Part shown: positions 38,924 through 50,760 of the stretch, piece after piece | Position numbering within the stretch: the first letter of the stretch is position 1 | How the letters are laid out: each line of letters begins with the position of its first letter | From: Azolla caroliniana | Taxonomy: Eukaryota; Plantae; Polypodiophyta | Assembly (NCBI GenBank): GCA_043228905.1 | Contig: JBHGNT010000004.1 | Span: 8,742,001-8,806,000, forward strand | Reading direction: 5' to 3' | DNA: 64,000 nucleotides | Notes under the pieces: generated by a model | What the model was told of the DNA's origin: nothing | The model's database searches: none | The model's input: the letters and a program-made list of their open reading frames with translations, nothing else | Translations under genes and position numbers: made by a program

Positions 38924-41900
38924 ATGCACACACTCGAAAAAGGCGCCAGTATGCACAGACAAAAACCACTGCGCGTAGAGACCCTCTACTTTCATGAACC
39001 CAGGAGCACAGAAGCACCAAGACGCTGCAAGATCATCAGACGAGAACCTGCGCACAGAGAACCCCCGCCTTCTGAACTCTCTCTTTCTCAAACTCACTCT
39101 CATCACCATCCAAACTCGCCACCGCCATCCGACCTCAGCACAGACATGGACCCGCAAACGCTGTCGGAAGCCGCCAAGACATGGCTGAAGCAACACGGGC
39201 TCGAGGGCTTCTTGATGATGATGGAAGTACCGCCACACAAAGAAGCAGACAAAGTGATCAAGGAAATCGATACAGAGGTCATAACGGCAGAGGCGATTCG
39301 AGCGTTAACAGGCCTTCCGGAGGGAGGCATACTCACAATCGACAATCCAACCCCGGAGCAACTCATCAGGTATTTTGGTGAGTACTCTCTAGCCAACAAA
39401 GGCTACCGAACACAGGGCGGCGGAGATATGTTGTTCCGCGAAATTGCTCGTGTGCTCCATGAATACGGCCACATGTACCCTAGACCCCCTGTCATGCCGC
39501 AGAACCGGGCAGGGATGATCATCGCCACCTATGAAGGGATCAAGGTGGATTGGCCGGTATTGATCGCAAACGGGTTGTGTGCGGCGATCGAGATCATCAG
39601 AGGCAAAGACGGCAAAGAAGGCTGAGACGGACGGAGGATATGGCACGTCGTAACGCAGTGGCTCACCTTGCTGGTGCCACCCGTTCAGCCCGTTCAGCCC
39701 AAGAAGCGAGGAAGAGTGGCGGACGGCACCCCAAGGACGGCTTCCAAACGGCAATAGCTGTTGGCCTCTAAGGCCACTAAGGGAAAGGCGGCGGATGCAG
39801 AACAGGCGGCAGCAGCAAGCGGCAGCCGGAAGCGCCCAACGGAGACGCAGGAGGAACCACCAGCACGGCCCGTAAAGGTCACACTCCGCCGACCAGTGAA
39901 TAGAGAAGAAGACCCCTTGGCGGCAAAACTCAATGCCGGAGCTCAGGAGGAGGAAATAGAGGAGGAGCCCACAGAGCACCTCCAACGAGGTCGTCGGCAA
40001 GGACCGTTGAGACAGTCGGGAAACGTTCGGACCCTCAAATGGAGGGAACACCAGCTCCCCATACTGAGACTCCCACGCCAAGGAAGGAACCGGAACCGGT
40101 GCAGATGGCACCGAAAACAGAAGCCCTGGCACCACCGGCAACACCGGCAAGTCCCATCCCGCCAGAGCCGGAAAGGTCAATGCAGCCTCCCTTGGTCAGC
40201 CAAGAAGAAGCGCAAGGGGAACCAGGACAGTAGGGTGGTCCACGGGCAGAAACGGAACTGCAACTCGGCGCAACCAGGCGGGACCACCCCTCTACAAGTG
40301 AGCCCATCTGTCAAACCTCCGTGCAAGCACAACAAGGCACTGGTAGCCTGTGGCTCCGGTGGATAGGCGAACAGATAGCTGGAGCAGTGGGGTATATTGA
40401 GGCAGAAGACAGAGCGCAAAGCGAACGGTTTCTCGTCACAACCGAACAACTAGAGACGGCCCGGTCCAGAATCCGGTGCCTTGAAAAAGACTTGGATCAG
40501 GTCATGACGAAGATGGCCAAAATACGGATCCAATCACCAGTGACTCCGGTAAGTGTACAGAATAAAGAAATGGAACGACTTGTACATAGCAATAAGACCC
40601 CGGTAACGAAAAGCGTTCCGGCGAGAGATGCGGCGCAAGCCCAGGAGCTTGCGGAATTGAGAGATGAACTTGCCGCACAAGAAGCGCTAAGGAGTCGTGA
40701 ACGAGAATTGAAGACGGCAGCCAAAGCCGAATTAAAGAAGACTGTTGAGAACCTCCTCCGGGCAGAGGAGAGCCTCCGGAAAGGCCACACCGGCTAAAGG
40801 AGGAGAAAGACAAAGTGCTGCAGGAAAAGGACAAGCTGCGGAAAACGGCGGAAACAGAGATTGAACGGCTAAAGGAAGAGCTCCGCCAGCAGAAGGACCG
40901 CGAGGACCGGGCCCGTCGTCAGATCAACGCACGGCTCAAGCAAAAGACGGATGATTTTGAGCACCTGCACCGGGACTACAAACGGCTGGAAACGGAGCAT
41001 AAAGAACGGATGGCCGAGCTCCAGCAGGCAGTTGATCGGGCCGTGACGGCAATCGCCGACGAACGAGCGGAAAATACAAGACGCTTGGACGAGGCGGAGA
41101 AGGTCCGGATGGAGCTCCAGAGGCAGCAGCAGGAAGACAAAGAGAGAGCGTCAACAGTATTGCAGAAATTACAAAGCACATATCAAAGGCAATTGACGCA
41201 TTACAAGGCGCAGGCGGAGGACAACGTCAAAATCAACAAACAACTGAAGGAGGAATGGCAAGCGGCGGAAACCAAATCGCAATTGGGAACGAGCCGGATT
41301 CAGTCCATCCTCCGGGCATGGCTGAATCAGACAAAACACTTGATTGATGAAAGCTCCGTAAAATGGTGGACAAACTGGGCACAAAACGCGACGGAACTCC
41401 AGTTGCTACGGGCGGATGTGGCAAACCGGCGGAAGGAAGGAGATGACTGTTATACGTTGACTTCCGAGGACTTCACCGCCATACGGGACGAGCTAGCCGA
41501 CGACTTCCAAGTCCTGGCAGATGAACAGCTGGCGCAGGTCAGGCAGCTCGTAGCTCAGCTAGACGATGATAGGTTGGACGCTCAAATCTAGTTTGAAAGC
41601 TACGAGCGGTCCCGGGTGCGGGAAGAAAAAGCACGGGAAGCGGCAACGGTTAACCTTAGTGATGAGGAACCGTCGCCGTCTGAGGGCCAGCCGGGAACCA
41701 GTCAACCGGAGACCACTACGACGCAGGGAGCAACGACGGAGACGCCGGTGTTAGAGCCACAAACGGAGGAGCAGCCGCAGCAACAACCAACGGACCCGCC
41801 GCAACAGACATCAATAGAACAACAACAACAACAACCACTTCCAGATGAACCATTGGAGCCTCTCGAACCAAGCATTCTGGACATTTTGGACGAAGAATAG
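38924..41900 (+). pseudogene. Extra sense-strand ORF downstream of pol (globular N-terminus, Pro/Glu linker, long coiled coil)
   Basis: Pieces 38924-39625, ~39630-40230, 40321-40797, 40815-41591 and 41616-41900 read as one disrupted gene; LTGLPEGG and KVDWP motifs; E/K/R/Q-rich helical region. Confidence 0.7.
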
Positions 41901-41926
41901 CAAGGGTCGGTTGTGGATTGGGCAGA

Positions 41927-42605
41927 TGTCGTGAAGATTTTCGTCCACAAGCGGAAACCCCAGCAACGAGAGCCAAAGAGCGATGTGCAACGTTGCACAC
42001 GTACATAATGTATTTGTAATAGTAATAAAGGTATAAAGGTGATGTGGTTGTATGCACATCCACGCGCGAGAGAGAGAGAGAGGTACTATGCGGTACATAG
42101 GTACCTAGTTGTTTGTGAGGAGGTGGGAGTTAAGGGGCCATCAATCTCACCCTCCCCCAAATCAAGGCAAATATCCCCTTTGAATGAAAGGGGATATTTT
42201 AGTCTCACTTTTGTAAAAGGTCTTCCCTCCTTATGCTATAAAAGGAGAGAGAAGGCACCATTGTGGGGGTTGCCTATTTTGTGCGAGTAAGGTATACCAC
42301 TTAGTCGAGGGTTCTACTTCTTCCCACTTCGTTTTAGGGTTAGGGTTTCGGTTAGGGTTTCTTCTTGGGTTTTCCTTTAGGGTTTTTCATATAGTCCTTT
42401 GGTGCGGCCATGGCGGCCACCATTTTGTTGTAATCATTCGTTTCTTAATAGAACTTCTTGTTGAGTATCTTGGTTGCATCTTCTTCTTCTATCATAATGT
42501 CATATTCGTTCTCTTCTCCTCTCGAGCTAATCTTTCTCCTCCACTCCCTAGTCCAAGACCCCCGTGGTCCCGCCTTTCTCCACGCACGCGCATAATAACG
42601 CGACA
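41927..42605 (+). repeat. LTR-like segment of a different Gypsy family inside the 10.6-kb element
   Basis: TGTCGTGAAGATTTTCG...ACGCGACA; start resembles LTR 22746, end resembles U5 of element B; TATA at ~42237; no TSD (GCAGA/ACGTA). Confidence 0.65.
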
Positions 42606-45600
42606 ACGTACAAGGTACTGTCCCACGGGCGTGCTATGTGTTACCGGCTGGCAAAGGAGTCCAGAGTGGGAAACAGAGAGTTATTTAAGTAGTAGGAATG
42701 TGGTTGTAGTTAAGCTATGAGTGTGGACGGATGGACCAGAAACGGTATGCCGTTCCGGATCCGGACCGATCCCGAACAGGTGCGGATGGCACCGTTTTGT
42801 AATACAGACCGGAAACCTATTTAAAGGCCCGGGTACAATGTAATCAATAGCGGTTAATTAATGAAAGCTTAAGCGTTGTTATCTCTCTATGTTAATTGTC
42901 GTTCTGTCTTAATTGTTATATCTTACGCGTGTGTTATGAAAGACGATCCTAATAAGTAACTTAATTAAATCGGATTAAGCGTTGACGTCTAATCCGGTTG
43001 CCGTAACACCGTTTGGGGAAGTGTCTTCCGTAGACACCCTGTGTTAGGCCATTGTCCGGCCCTAAGAGTTAACAGGGAGCCACGATTGGCCTCACCTTCC
43101 AGTCCACAGTCTTGTACTTCGTGCTTACTAGGGCTATTTGATCCGACCCGACCATCCTTCCAAAGTCCACAATGACTTCGTACATTTCGCATAGGTCCTC
43201 TTTAGCCATCCTCTCGATGTCTCCGAGAGTGTCGTCGAATGAAACCACCTCCATGGTGCCACTGATCTCGTCGTCAGAGCCTAAGGCGCCACAAGCCTTC
43301 AAGGGTCCTTCGACTCGCTTCTTCTCCCGGCCATCGATGCCGGTTTTGGTACAACCTCCACTAGTGGAGGGCCAAAACTTCCTACCTATGGTACAGGTGT
43401 GGGAATTCTTCTGGTTGTCTGGAGTATCACGGCCCCACGCCTTGATAGTCCTCTGTAAAAATCCCCTCGGCCCTCGCCACCGAGAGAATCATGGTTTCGT
43501 TCATGATTTGGCCTCACCGCTAGGAATTGGACGGAGTGCTTATCGTCCTGACTCTTTACCCTTGTGTATGCCGATCTGCTATCCAACACTTTGGTCTCCA
43601 TACGAGCCGCTGTAATGTATGGTTCACCAAGAATCACTGGATGGGAGGATGTCTCCTACATGAAGAAGTGTTGATCGATCTCCACATCCCTGACCTTCAC
43701 CCGGACGTTTGGGCACGCTCCATGAACCTCCTCCGTAGCATGGGTCGTCGTGCATATCTTCCACCCATGCTTCGTGTTGATCGGCCATTTACCCTTCTCG
43801 TAGAAGTCCATGGACATTAAGTTAATCTCTGACCTGTGGTCGATTAGCGGCACCACCGGCTCTTTCACATTCCGGATTCGGACAGGGGGTTTCCGTTGTC
43901 ACTCTGGCCCAGTGTGGGCTCATATAGTGGCTCTCCGGGAACTTCTCTTCCATCACCACCTCTTTAATGTAGGCCACCTTTACCTCGACCGGCTTCTTTG
44001 GCTCTAGCTCTGTCGAGAGCTGCTTCCTCTTTACCAGGTCCATGATGCCATTGTGGAACTCTTTCTTTGTTATTCCTAGCACTTCCCTCACCGTGAGTTA
44101 CACGTGACTATCGAGGATTCGCTCCTCCAAGACCTTCTGTAGGTCCACTATTTGCTCTATCTCTGAGCTTAACCAGAAGCTCGAGAACTTCCCCTTTTCT
44201 TTCTCTTGTGAATCACGTCACTTGGGTTCGCTCCGGGTGTCATAACTCCCCGAAGGGCCTACCCCTCCGGCCTTTCCAGCCGCTTGTCCTTGACCAGAAC
44301 CTTGCATTTCTGGCATGCGGCTTCTACGAAGCCGGTCTTCTCCTCAACCAAATCGCTCCATCCGGTAACTTCACGAACCCGCCTCTCCGCATGGCCGACT
44401 TCCTCCTTCTTCAATTACTTTCCGTGGAAGCCCTCTAGTAGTAGCTGCCAAAATCCAGATTCGGCCCCGGAGCCGGTGGCTTTCTCTCCGGTCACACAGA
44501 TGCCGGCCAGGGTCAAGTAGTGAATGGCCTCGACATGACGTGGTGTTGCCTCCTCCATTATCCTCTTCATGCCGCCTCATCTGGTGTTTAATTCGTGCGG
44601 CCTTCGTGTGTCACTCGCATGCACCCGACCATTCCAAAGGTACACCACGTTACTTCTAAGCGCTTTGCCGAAGTCGGCCCACTCTCTTCAGGCATGGCCA
44701 ACGACATCACACCATTTACACCTTTGGTCAGTTAGCGGTTGTGGGTCGCGCGATTGGCCTCCGCCGTCCCTTTGGGCCTGAGCGATCTGGAGATCGCGCA
44801 CCATCTTCATCAGCTGCTCTAGAGCTGCTCCCCCGGATGGTCCTGCGACCACATTGGTTGGCGTCATGCCTAACTCGAGTCACCGTTGTCGTAGTGTATT
44901 CCACACACTACGTGAAAACCATAAAATAATATATCCGATTTTAGATACATATAAATAAATAAATAATATATCAAAAGAATTTATCACGTGCATAGGGCAA
45001 GATTTGAACCATGCACCTCCACGTAGATAAACCCCAACTTTACCATTGTAATAATTTATCTTTAGTGTTATAAATATACATTTAATACGTATAAGACATT
45101 TATTTACACATACCTTTATTAAAAGGTAAAAATCATGTATTCTTTAGAGTGTGAATATTTTATTTACACGTGACATTAAAAGTGACTCATGCACATCTAG
45201 CGTGCACGAGCCCTATATTTAGGAAATGACAAAACATCACATGCACATTTAGTGTGCATGGGCACTTTAGGTGAAAAAGCATGAAGCCATGCTTAGCCTC
45301 TTCCATCTTTATATGAGGAGAAAAATATGTATATGGTTGTTGATTAATATACAAGGTTGGATCAATCTAATATATTCGTGGGATTCACGAATTTTGCCAT
45401 CTAATTGCTCTTATAATCTAAATATTGTTTTAATTACACTAAACTCGTGGGATTCACGAGATTGCTATCTTACTTCTCTTTCCACTATTCATATCTAGCC
45501 TTAAGTTGTATTCCTCTTCCTCCTAGTCTAAAACCTCAGCGGTTCCCACCCGACTCACGCAACGATCCGGAGCCGAAGGGCACGACACAGTTGGTGAACC

Positions 45601-45626
45601 CGACGTGAAGACCGGGTGGCAAGGAG

Positions 45627-47129
45627 ATGGAAAATCAACCGGAGGCTAGCAACATGATGATGATGTTCGAGCGCATGCTACAAGAACAACGCGCGATGTC
45701 GGAGATAGCGGCATCAGTGGAGCGGCTCGTGCAACGAAACGGACAATTCAACGGGAAAGACGTGTCGCGGTATCTTCGGGACTACAAGGCGGAGATGCTA
45801 CGGTGCGGAATATCGGAAGGACTGCAAGTGACGTCCTTCAACCGGGTGGCGACCGACGGGCTTCAAGCAAGCATCCATGGGCTACGACAACAAAATCCGA
45901 CATGGGAGGCGTTTGAAGAAGAGCTAAAGAGGACGTTCGCCATCGAGGATTCCTCCAAGGCGACGCGAAGGGGGTTCGAAGATTGGGTGGAGACGCCGGA
46001 CAAGGGATTGAAGGTCGTTGATGTGTTTTCGGCATTCGAAAGCCGGTTCGGGAGGTTGTCCGCAAGAGATCAAGCTATCCTCGTACCGGACAAGGTGATC
46101 ATGTTCTTGCGAGCCGTGGACGTCCGGGACCGGAAAGATCTCGGAGTGCTCTTGGAGGACACGACCACGGAGAGCGGCCTCACCGAAACATGGGAAAACG
46201 TGCGGGATATCGTCGCGCGATACACGAAGAGGGGGCAATGGCTTGCCGACGAGGAAAAGAGGGTTTCGGAACCGATTCCGAAACCGAGAACCGGATTGGA
46301 AGACCATCAACCAAGGGCTCGGGAGACTACAACCGAGAAGGGAATTGATGCATCTACGGTGGAGCAACTATTGAAGGAGATGGAGAATCTAAAGATCGCG
46401 ATGGTAAAGAAGTCGGATGACCGCCCCACAAGCTCCAAGTATACGGACCGACGGTGCATATGGTGCGATAGCGCCGAACACGATCGGAGGGATTGTGACG
46501 AGCATAAGGAGGCGCTACGGCGGGATCTCATCTACTACGAGGGAAACCGGATTCATTCGATGGACTCTCGGAAGCCACTCCGACCGAACTTCCAGAAAGG
46601 CGGCATGAAGAAGGTGCTCGAGGAGGAATTGGCGGCAAGAAGCAACTATGCGACAACCGCGGGAATATGTGTCGGGGAGTCATCGAGAGCAAAGACGTCT
46701 TTTTGGCCGGAAGTTCTAGAAAACACCGAGAAAACCGACTCCAACGAGATCCGAAGCACCGCGGAAGGCGTCCGGGAAGCTACGGGATGGGAGTGCCCTG
46801 TCGACAAGAATAGCGTATACGCCCTGTGTCAATTGCATAAGGTGTATGTGGACGAGAAACGACGACGCACGGAGGATGCGGCGGGGCCATCGAAGATACC
46901 AGAAAGTTGGAACTCCGGAGGTAAGGGAAAAGAAAAGGCGACTCCGGCATTCAAGCTCGCCTCGGACATAGAACAACAAACCGACTTGAAAAGAGTGTTC
47001 GAGGAAAGAATCTTGGATAGCCGGGTAGATTTCTCGCTTCGGGAGCTACTCAGAATAGCGAAGAAGGAGTTCCACGATCACGAAAGGAACAAGAGGGAAC
47101 TCTTGTCACAAGTGAGAATGGATTTTTAA
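45627..47129 (+). CDS. Gag (protease domain deleted in frame)
   Basis: 500-aa ORF; CIWCDSAEH knuckle; KKEFHD joins directly to HERNKRE, skipping the protease present in element B. Confidence 0.9.
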   Translation: MENQPEASNMMMMFERMLQEQRAMSEIAASVERLVQRNGQFNGKDVSRYLRDYKAEMLRCGISEGLQVTSFNRVATDGLQASIHGLRQQNPTWEAFEEELKRTFAIEDSSKATRRGFEDWVETPDKGLKVVDVFSAFESRFGRLSARDQAILVPDKVIMFLRAVDVRDRKDLGVLLEDTTTESGLTETWENVRDIVARYTKRGQWLADEEKRVSEPIPKPRTGLEDHQPRARETTTEKGIDASTVEQLLKEMENLKIAMVKKSDDRPTSSKYTDRRCIWCDSAEHDRRDCDEHKEALRRDLIYYEGNRIHSMDSRKPLRPNFQKGGMKKVLEEELAARSNYATTAGICVGESSRAKTSFWPEVLENTEKTDSNEIRSTAEGVREATGWECPVDKNSVYALCQLHKVYVDEKRRRTEDAAGPSKIPESWNSGGKGKEKATPAFKLASDIEQQTDLKRVFEERILDSRVDFSLRELLRIAKKEFHDHERNKRELLSQVRMDF

Positions 47130-50100
47130 AGCGGACTGTTGCGGAGTGGGGAAGTGATAGTCCGAGAAGCCCTGATACCCCACACAGGAAGAAAACTCTC
47201 GGAGCAAAACATGTACGAATCGGTCTGGATGGGGCATCTACGTACACGACCATAACCGGAGGATTGAAGAAAGGATACCGACAAGTGGAGGATAAGTTGC
47301 GGTCAGCATCAATAATAAAAGAAGATGAAGAAATCGTGGGGATAGTCGAAGAAGTGTTCTATGGGAGCACGCTACAACGACTTGAAGAGCTTGCGGAAGA
47401 TAAAAGCCAAGGGAACCGGGTAGTCCCGGTGGAATCAGTCGAGATGTACGATATCATTGCGAAAATGGAGCTGGATACGCTCTGCAAAGAAGAAGCAATG
47501 GTAAGTACGAAATACAAGACCGTGGAGAAGAAGGTGAAACCGGCCGCGGGACCACTACCCGCCGATAGCGAACAAAAGAGGAAAGAAGTCTCGGGAGACC
47601 CGACACTTCGGAAGACCGTGGATATCGGACATGCCTTCACGGATGAGACCCAGAAGAAACTTCGGATCGGTGGAGGTGGGTTCCTATTACAAAAAGAAGA
47701 AGAACGGTTTCGCGAGATGTTGGAGCAACACGGCAAAGCGTTTGCATTTACATCAAGGGAGATAGGATGCGTCGATCCGAGAATAGTGGAGCCGATGGTG
47801 ATCTTCACAATTGACCATGTACCGTGGAACCTGAAGCCAATTCCGGTACCACGAGCGCATATTCCGAAAGTCATTGACTTGCTCAAGGAGAAGGTAGCGA
47901 TGGGGATTCTAGAGCCATCAACTGCTCCGTACTCAAATCGATGGTTTACGGTTCCGAAGAAGAATGGGTCACTCCGATTTATCCAAGACTTGCAACCGGT
48001 GAATAAGGTCACGATCCGGAACTCGGGAGTCGGTCGAAAGTGGACGAATTTGCGGAAGCTTTTGCCGGTCGTGTGATATACTCCATCGGAGACCTATACT
48101 CGGGGTATGACCAATTCCAACTAGCCGTGGAGAGCCGAGACATCACAACCATGCGAACACCGATAGGATTAGTCCGAATGTGCACATTACCACAAGGAGC
48201 GACAAACTCGGTTGCTCATATGATGAACGCGATGAACAAGGTGCTCCGAGACTGCATTCCGGAGATAACGATGCCGTTCCTCGATGACATTCCGATGAAA
48301 GGATGCGCGGTCGAAGGAAAAGATGAGACTATGGATGATCGGGGATGCCGAAAGTTCGTGGTCGACCATATTCATGCTTGCGAGAAAGTGTTGCGAAAGC
48401 TAGAAGATGTGCACCTAACACTTTCCGGGGAGAAATCGGCATTCGGGCAAGAAGAAATATTGGTGGTCGGACATCTATGTGGGCCCTACGGCCGAAGACC
48501 GTCACCAACAAAGATCGATGCGATTCAAGCTATGGAGGAAGTATGTGAGTCAACATCCGAAGTCCGAAGGTTTCTCGGTGCGTGTGCATTCTATCACATA
48601 TGGATTCCGCACTATGCACATATAACGGACCCGCTCTACCACTTGTTGCGGAAAGGTAAGAAATTCGAATGGAAACCAGAACACACCAAAGCCATGAAGA
48701 AATTGAAGAAGACACTTCGGAGGGCGGAAGCACTTAAGAAGCCGAGCTACGACCGACCGATCATAGTAACGGTTGATACAAGTCCAACCGGTATCGGGTG
48801 GGTCATCAATCAAGCCGACTCGGATGGTTCGCGGTATCCGATCCGATTCGGAGCAAAGGTTCTCAACGAAAGGCAACGTGGATATGCACAAGTCAAAAGA
48901 GAACTGTGGGGAGTCGTGTCGGCGATAAAATCGGATCGGGATTATTTGATCGGAGCCGAAGTGGTGATCGAGACGGATTGTCTTCCGATACTCGGGATGA
49001 TGCGGTGTTGTACGATACCAGATGTAGCTATGCTAAGGTGGGTTGCATATGTCAAGTCGCTTAATCCGGAGGTTCGACACATCTCGAGGAAGGAAAACGC
49101 GGTAGCGGATATGTTATCAAGGGCTCGGTTCGGAGACGACATAACCGAATCGGATAATGAAGAAGTTTCCGAAGACTACTTCGCGTCGGAGCACATATGC
49201 CGAGTGAACGTAATCCGAGAATTTCGGGAAGAAGAATATGAGGGAGAAAGTTTGATGATCGGAAAGATGTTACAAGAGGCCGAGGACTCGACAAACGATA
49301 AAGGAAGAAGAGCCGAGATCCGAAGGAAGAAGAGGCAAGTCCAAAAGTTCTTCTTGGAAAACGGATTAATATGGAGGGCGCCGAAAAGACCGGATGGTAT
49401 ACCACTTCGAGTAGTCGGGACAAAAGAGCAACGAAACCGGATAATGTCCGAGTTTCACGAATCCGATTGGGCTGGACACCGAGGAACATGGGCAACATTT
49501 GTGAAGATCAAGCAGAAATATTGGTGGAAGAAAATGTACAAAGATATTGCGGAGTTTACGGAAAGCTGCGAGAAATGTCAAGTCTACTCCGGGGTTCGAC
49601 ATCGAGATGAGTTACATCCGACATTCTCACCGACAATCAACTTCAAGTGGATGGTCGACATAGTGGCCATGCCGACCGGGATCGGACAAAAGAAATACTT
49701 GGTATTAGCTCGGGAAGATCTCACGAATCAAGTAGAAGGTCGAGCGCTTCAGAGGAAAACGTGTTCCGCGGTATGCCAATTTCTTTTGGAGGAAGTATTT
49801 TGCAGGTACGGGTGCGTAGGACAAGTGATTGCGGACCGGGGAGAACTCGACTCGGACAAAGCTAGGGGATTCTTCGCTAAACACGGAGTTCGGTTATCGC
49901 TGACAACGGCATACAATCCGGAGGCCAACGGGAAAATCGAACGAGGACATAGTCCGATCGTGAAAGCACTTGCGAAGGCATGCGATGGAAAGGTGAAGGA
50001 CTGGCCGCAGATGCTTCCGTATGCACTATGGGCGGATCGGACGACGCATAGTTCCATAACCGGTTACATGCCGGCAGAACTCATGACCGGACAAGCACCG

Positions 50101-50760
50101 GTAATGCCGACGGAAAACGCGATCGCAACATGGACAGTGCTACCGTGGAAGGAAGAGATGAGCCGGGAAGAACTACTAGCGGTCCGGATACGACAACTAG
50201 AGGGAAGACCGGCAGACATAGCGGAAGCAATACGCCGACAACAAGAAGCACGATTAAGGAACAAAAGCCGGTTCGACACAAAGCACCGACTACGACCGAG
50301 GAGGATTGAAGAAGGAGATTGGGTGATCGTCTATGACAGTAGTTTGGACCATCAACATACAACGATGCGGAAATTCGCGAAAAGGTGGTTCGGGCCATAC
50401 GAGGTTCGGAAAGTCTTCGACAACGGAACGTACCGACTGTCCGAGTTGGATGGAACAATACTACGAGTGCCTATAGCCGGGAAGCGGGTGAAGATTTTCA
50501 AGAAGCGGACCGACGACAAACCCTATGTGATCCAAGCCAAGGCCGACAACGAGGAGCAATCGGACAAAGACCACGGTGATGCGGGAAGCGAAGAAAGTGA
50601 ATTACAACTCATAGTCGACATAAGGGGAGAATCGGAGGAAGCTTTGGGTGAAGACGGATATGGGGGATCGAGAACTTCGGCACATACCGGAGGATGTGCG
50701 GGTTCGGAGGGGGCGAATGTCGTAGTGTATTCCACACACTACGTGAAAACCATAAAATAA
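47120..50760 (+). pseudogene. Pol (RT-RH-INT) in the -1 frame relative to gag; one frameshift near 48035
   Basis: Frame open from slippery site 47120 to ~48035, then 48040-50760 (906 aa); GGTCGAAAGTGG vs GGTCCGATTGTGG in element B shows a 1-nt loss. Confidence 0.9.

Larger units (their letters stand above)
32486..43074 (+). mobile_element. Full-length 10.6-kb Ty3/Gypsy element with extra 3' ORF; TSD GGGAG
   Basis: LTRs 32486-32920 and 42639-43074 (TGTTA...TAACA); GGGAG on both flanks; putative PBS TGGTGACCACG at 32928. Confidence 0.95.

Noticed and set aside
42332-42385. Interstitial telomere
   Set aside because: Only a few degenerate TTAGGG(TT) units; more consistent with telobox-like promoter motifs in an LTR.
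45271-45498. Identical 75-aa ORFs at 45271 and 51102
   Set aside because: Chance ORF duplicated because it lies in the two LTRs.
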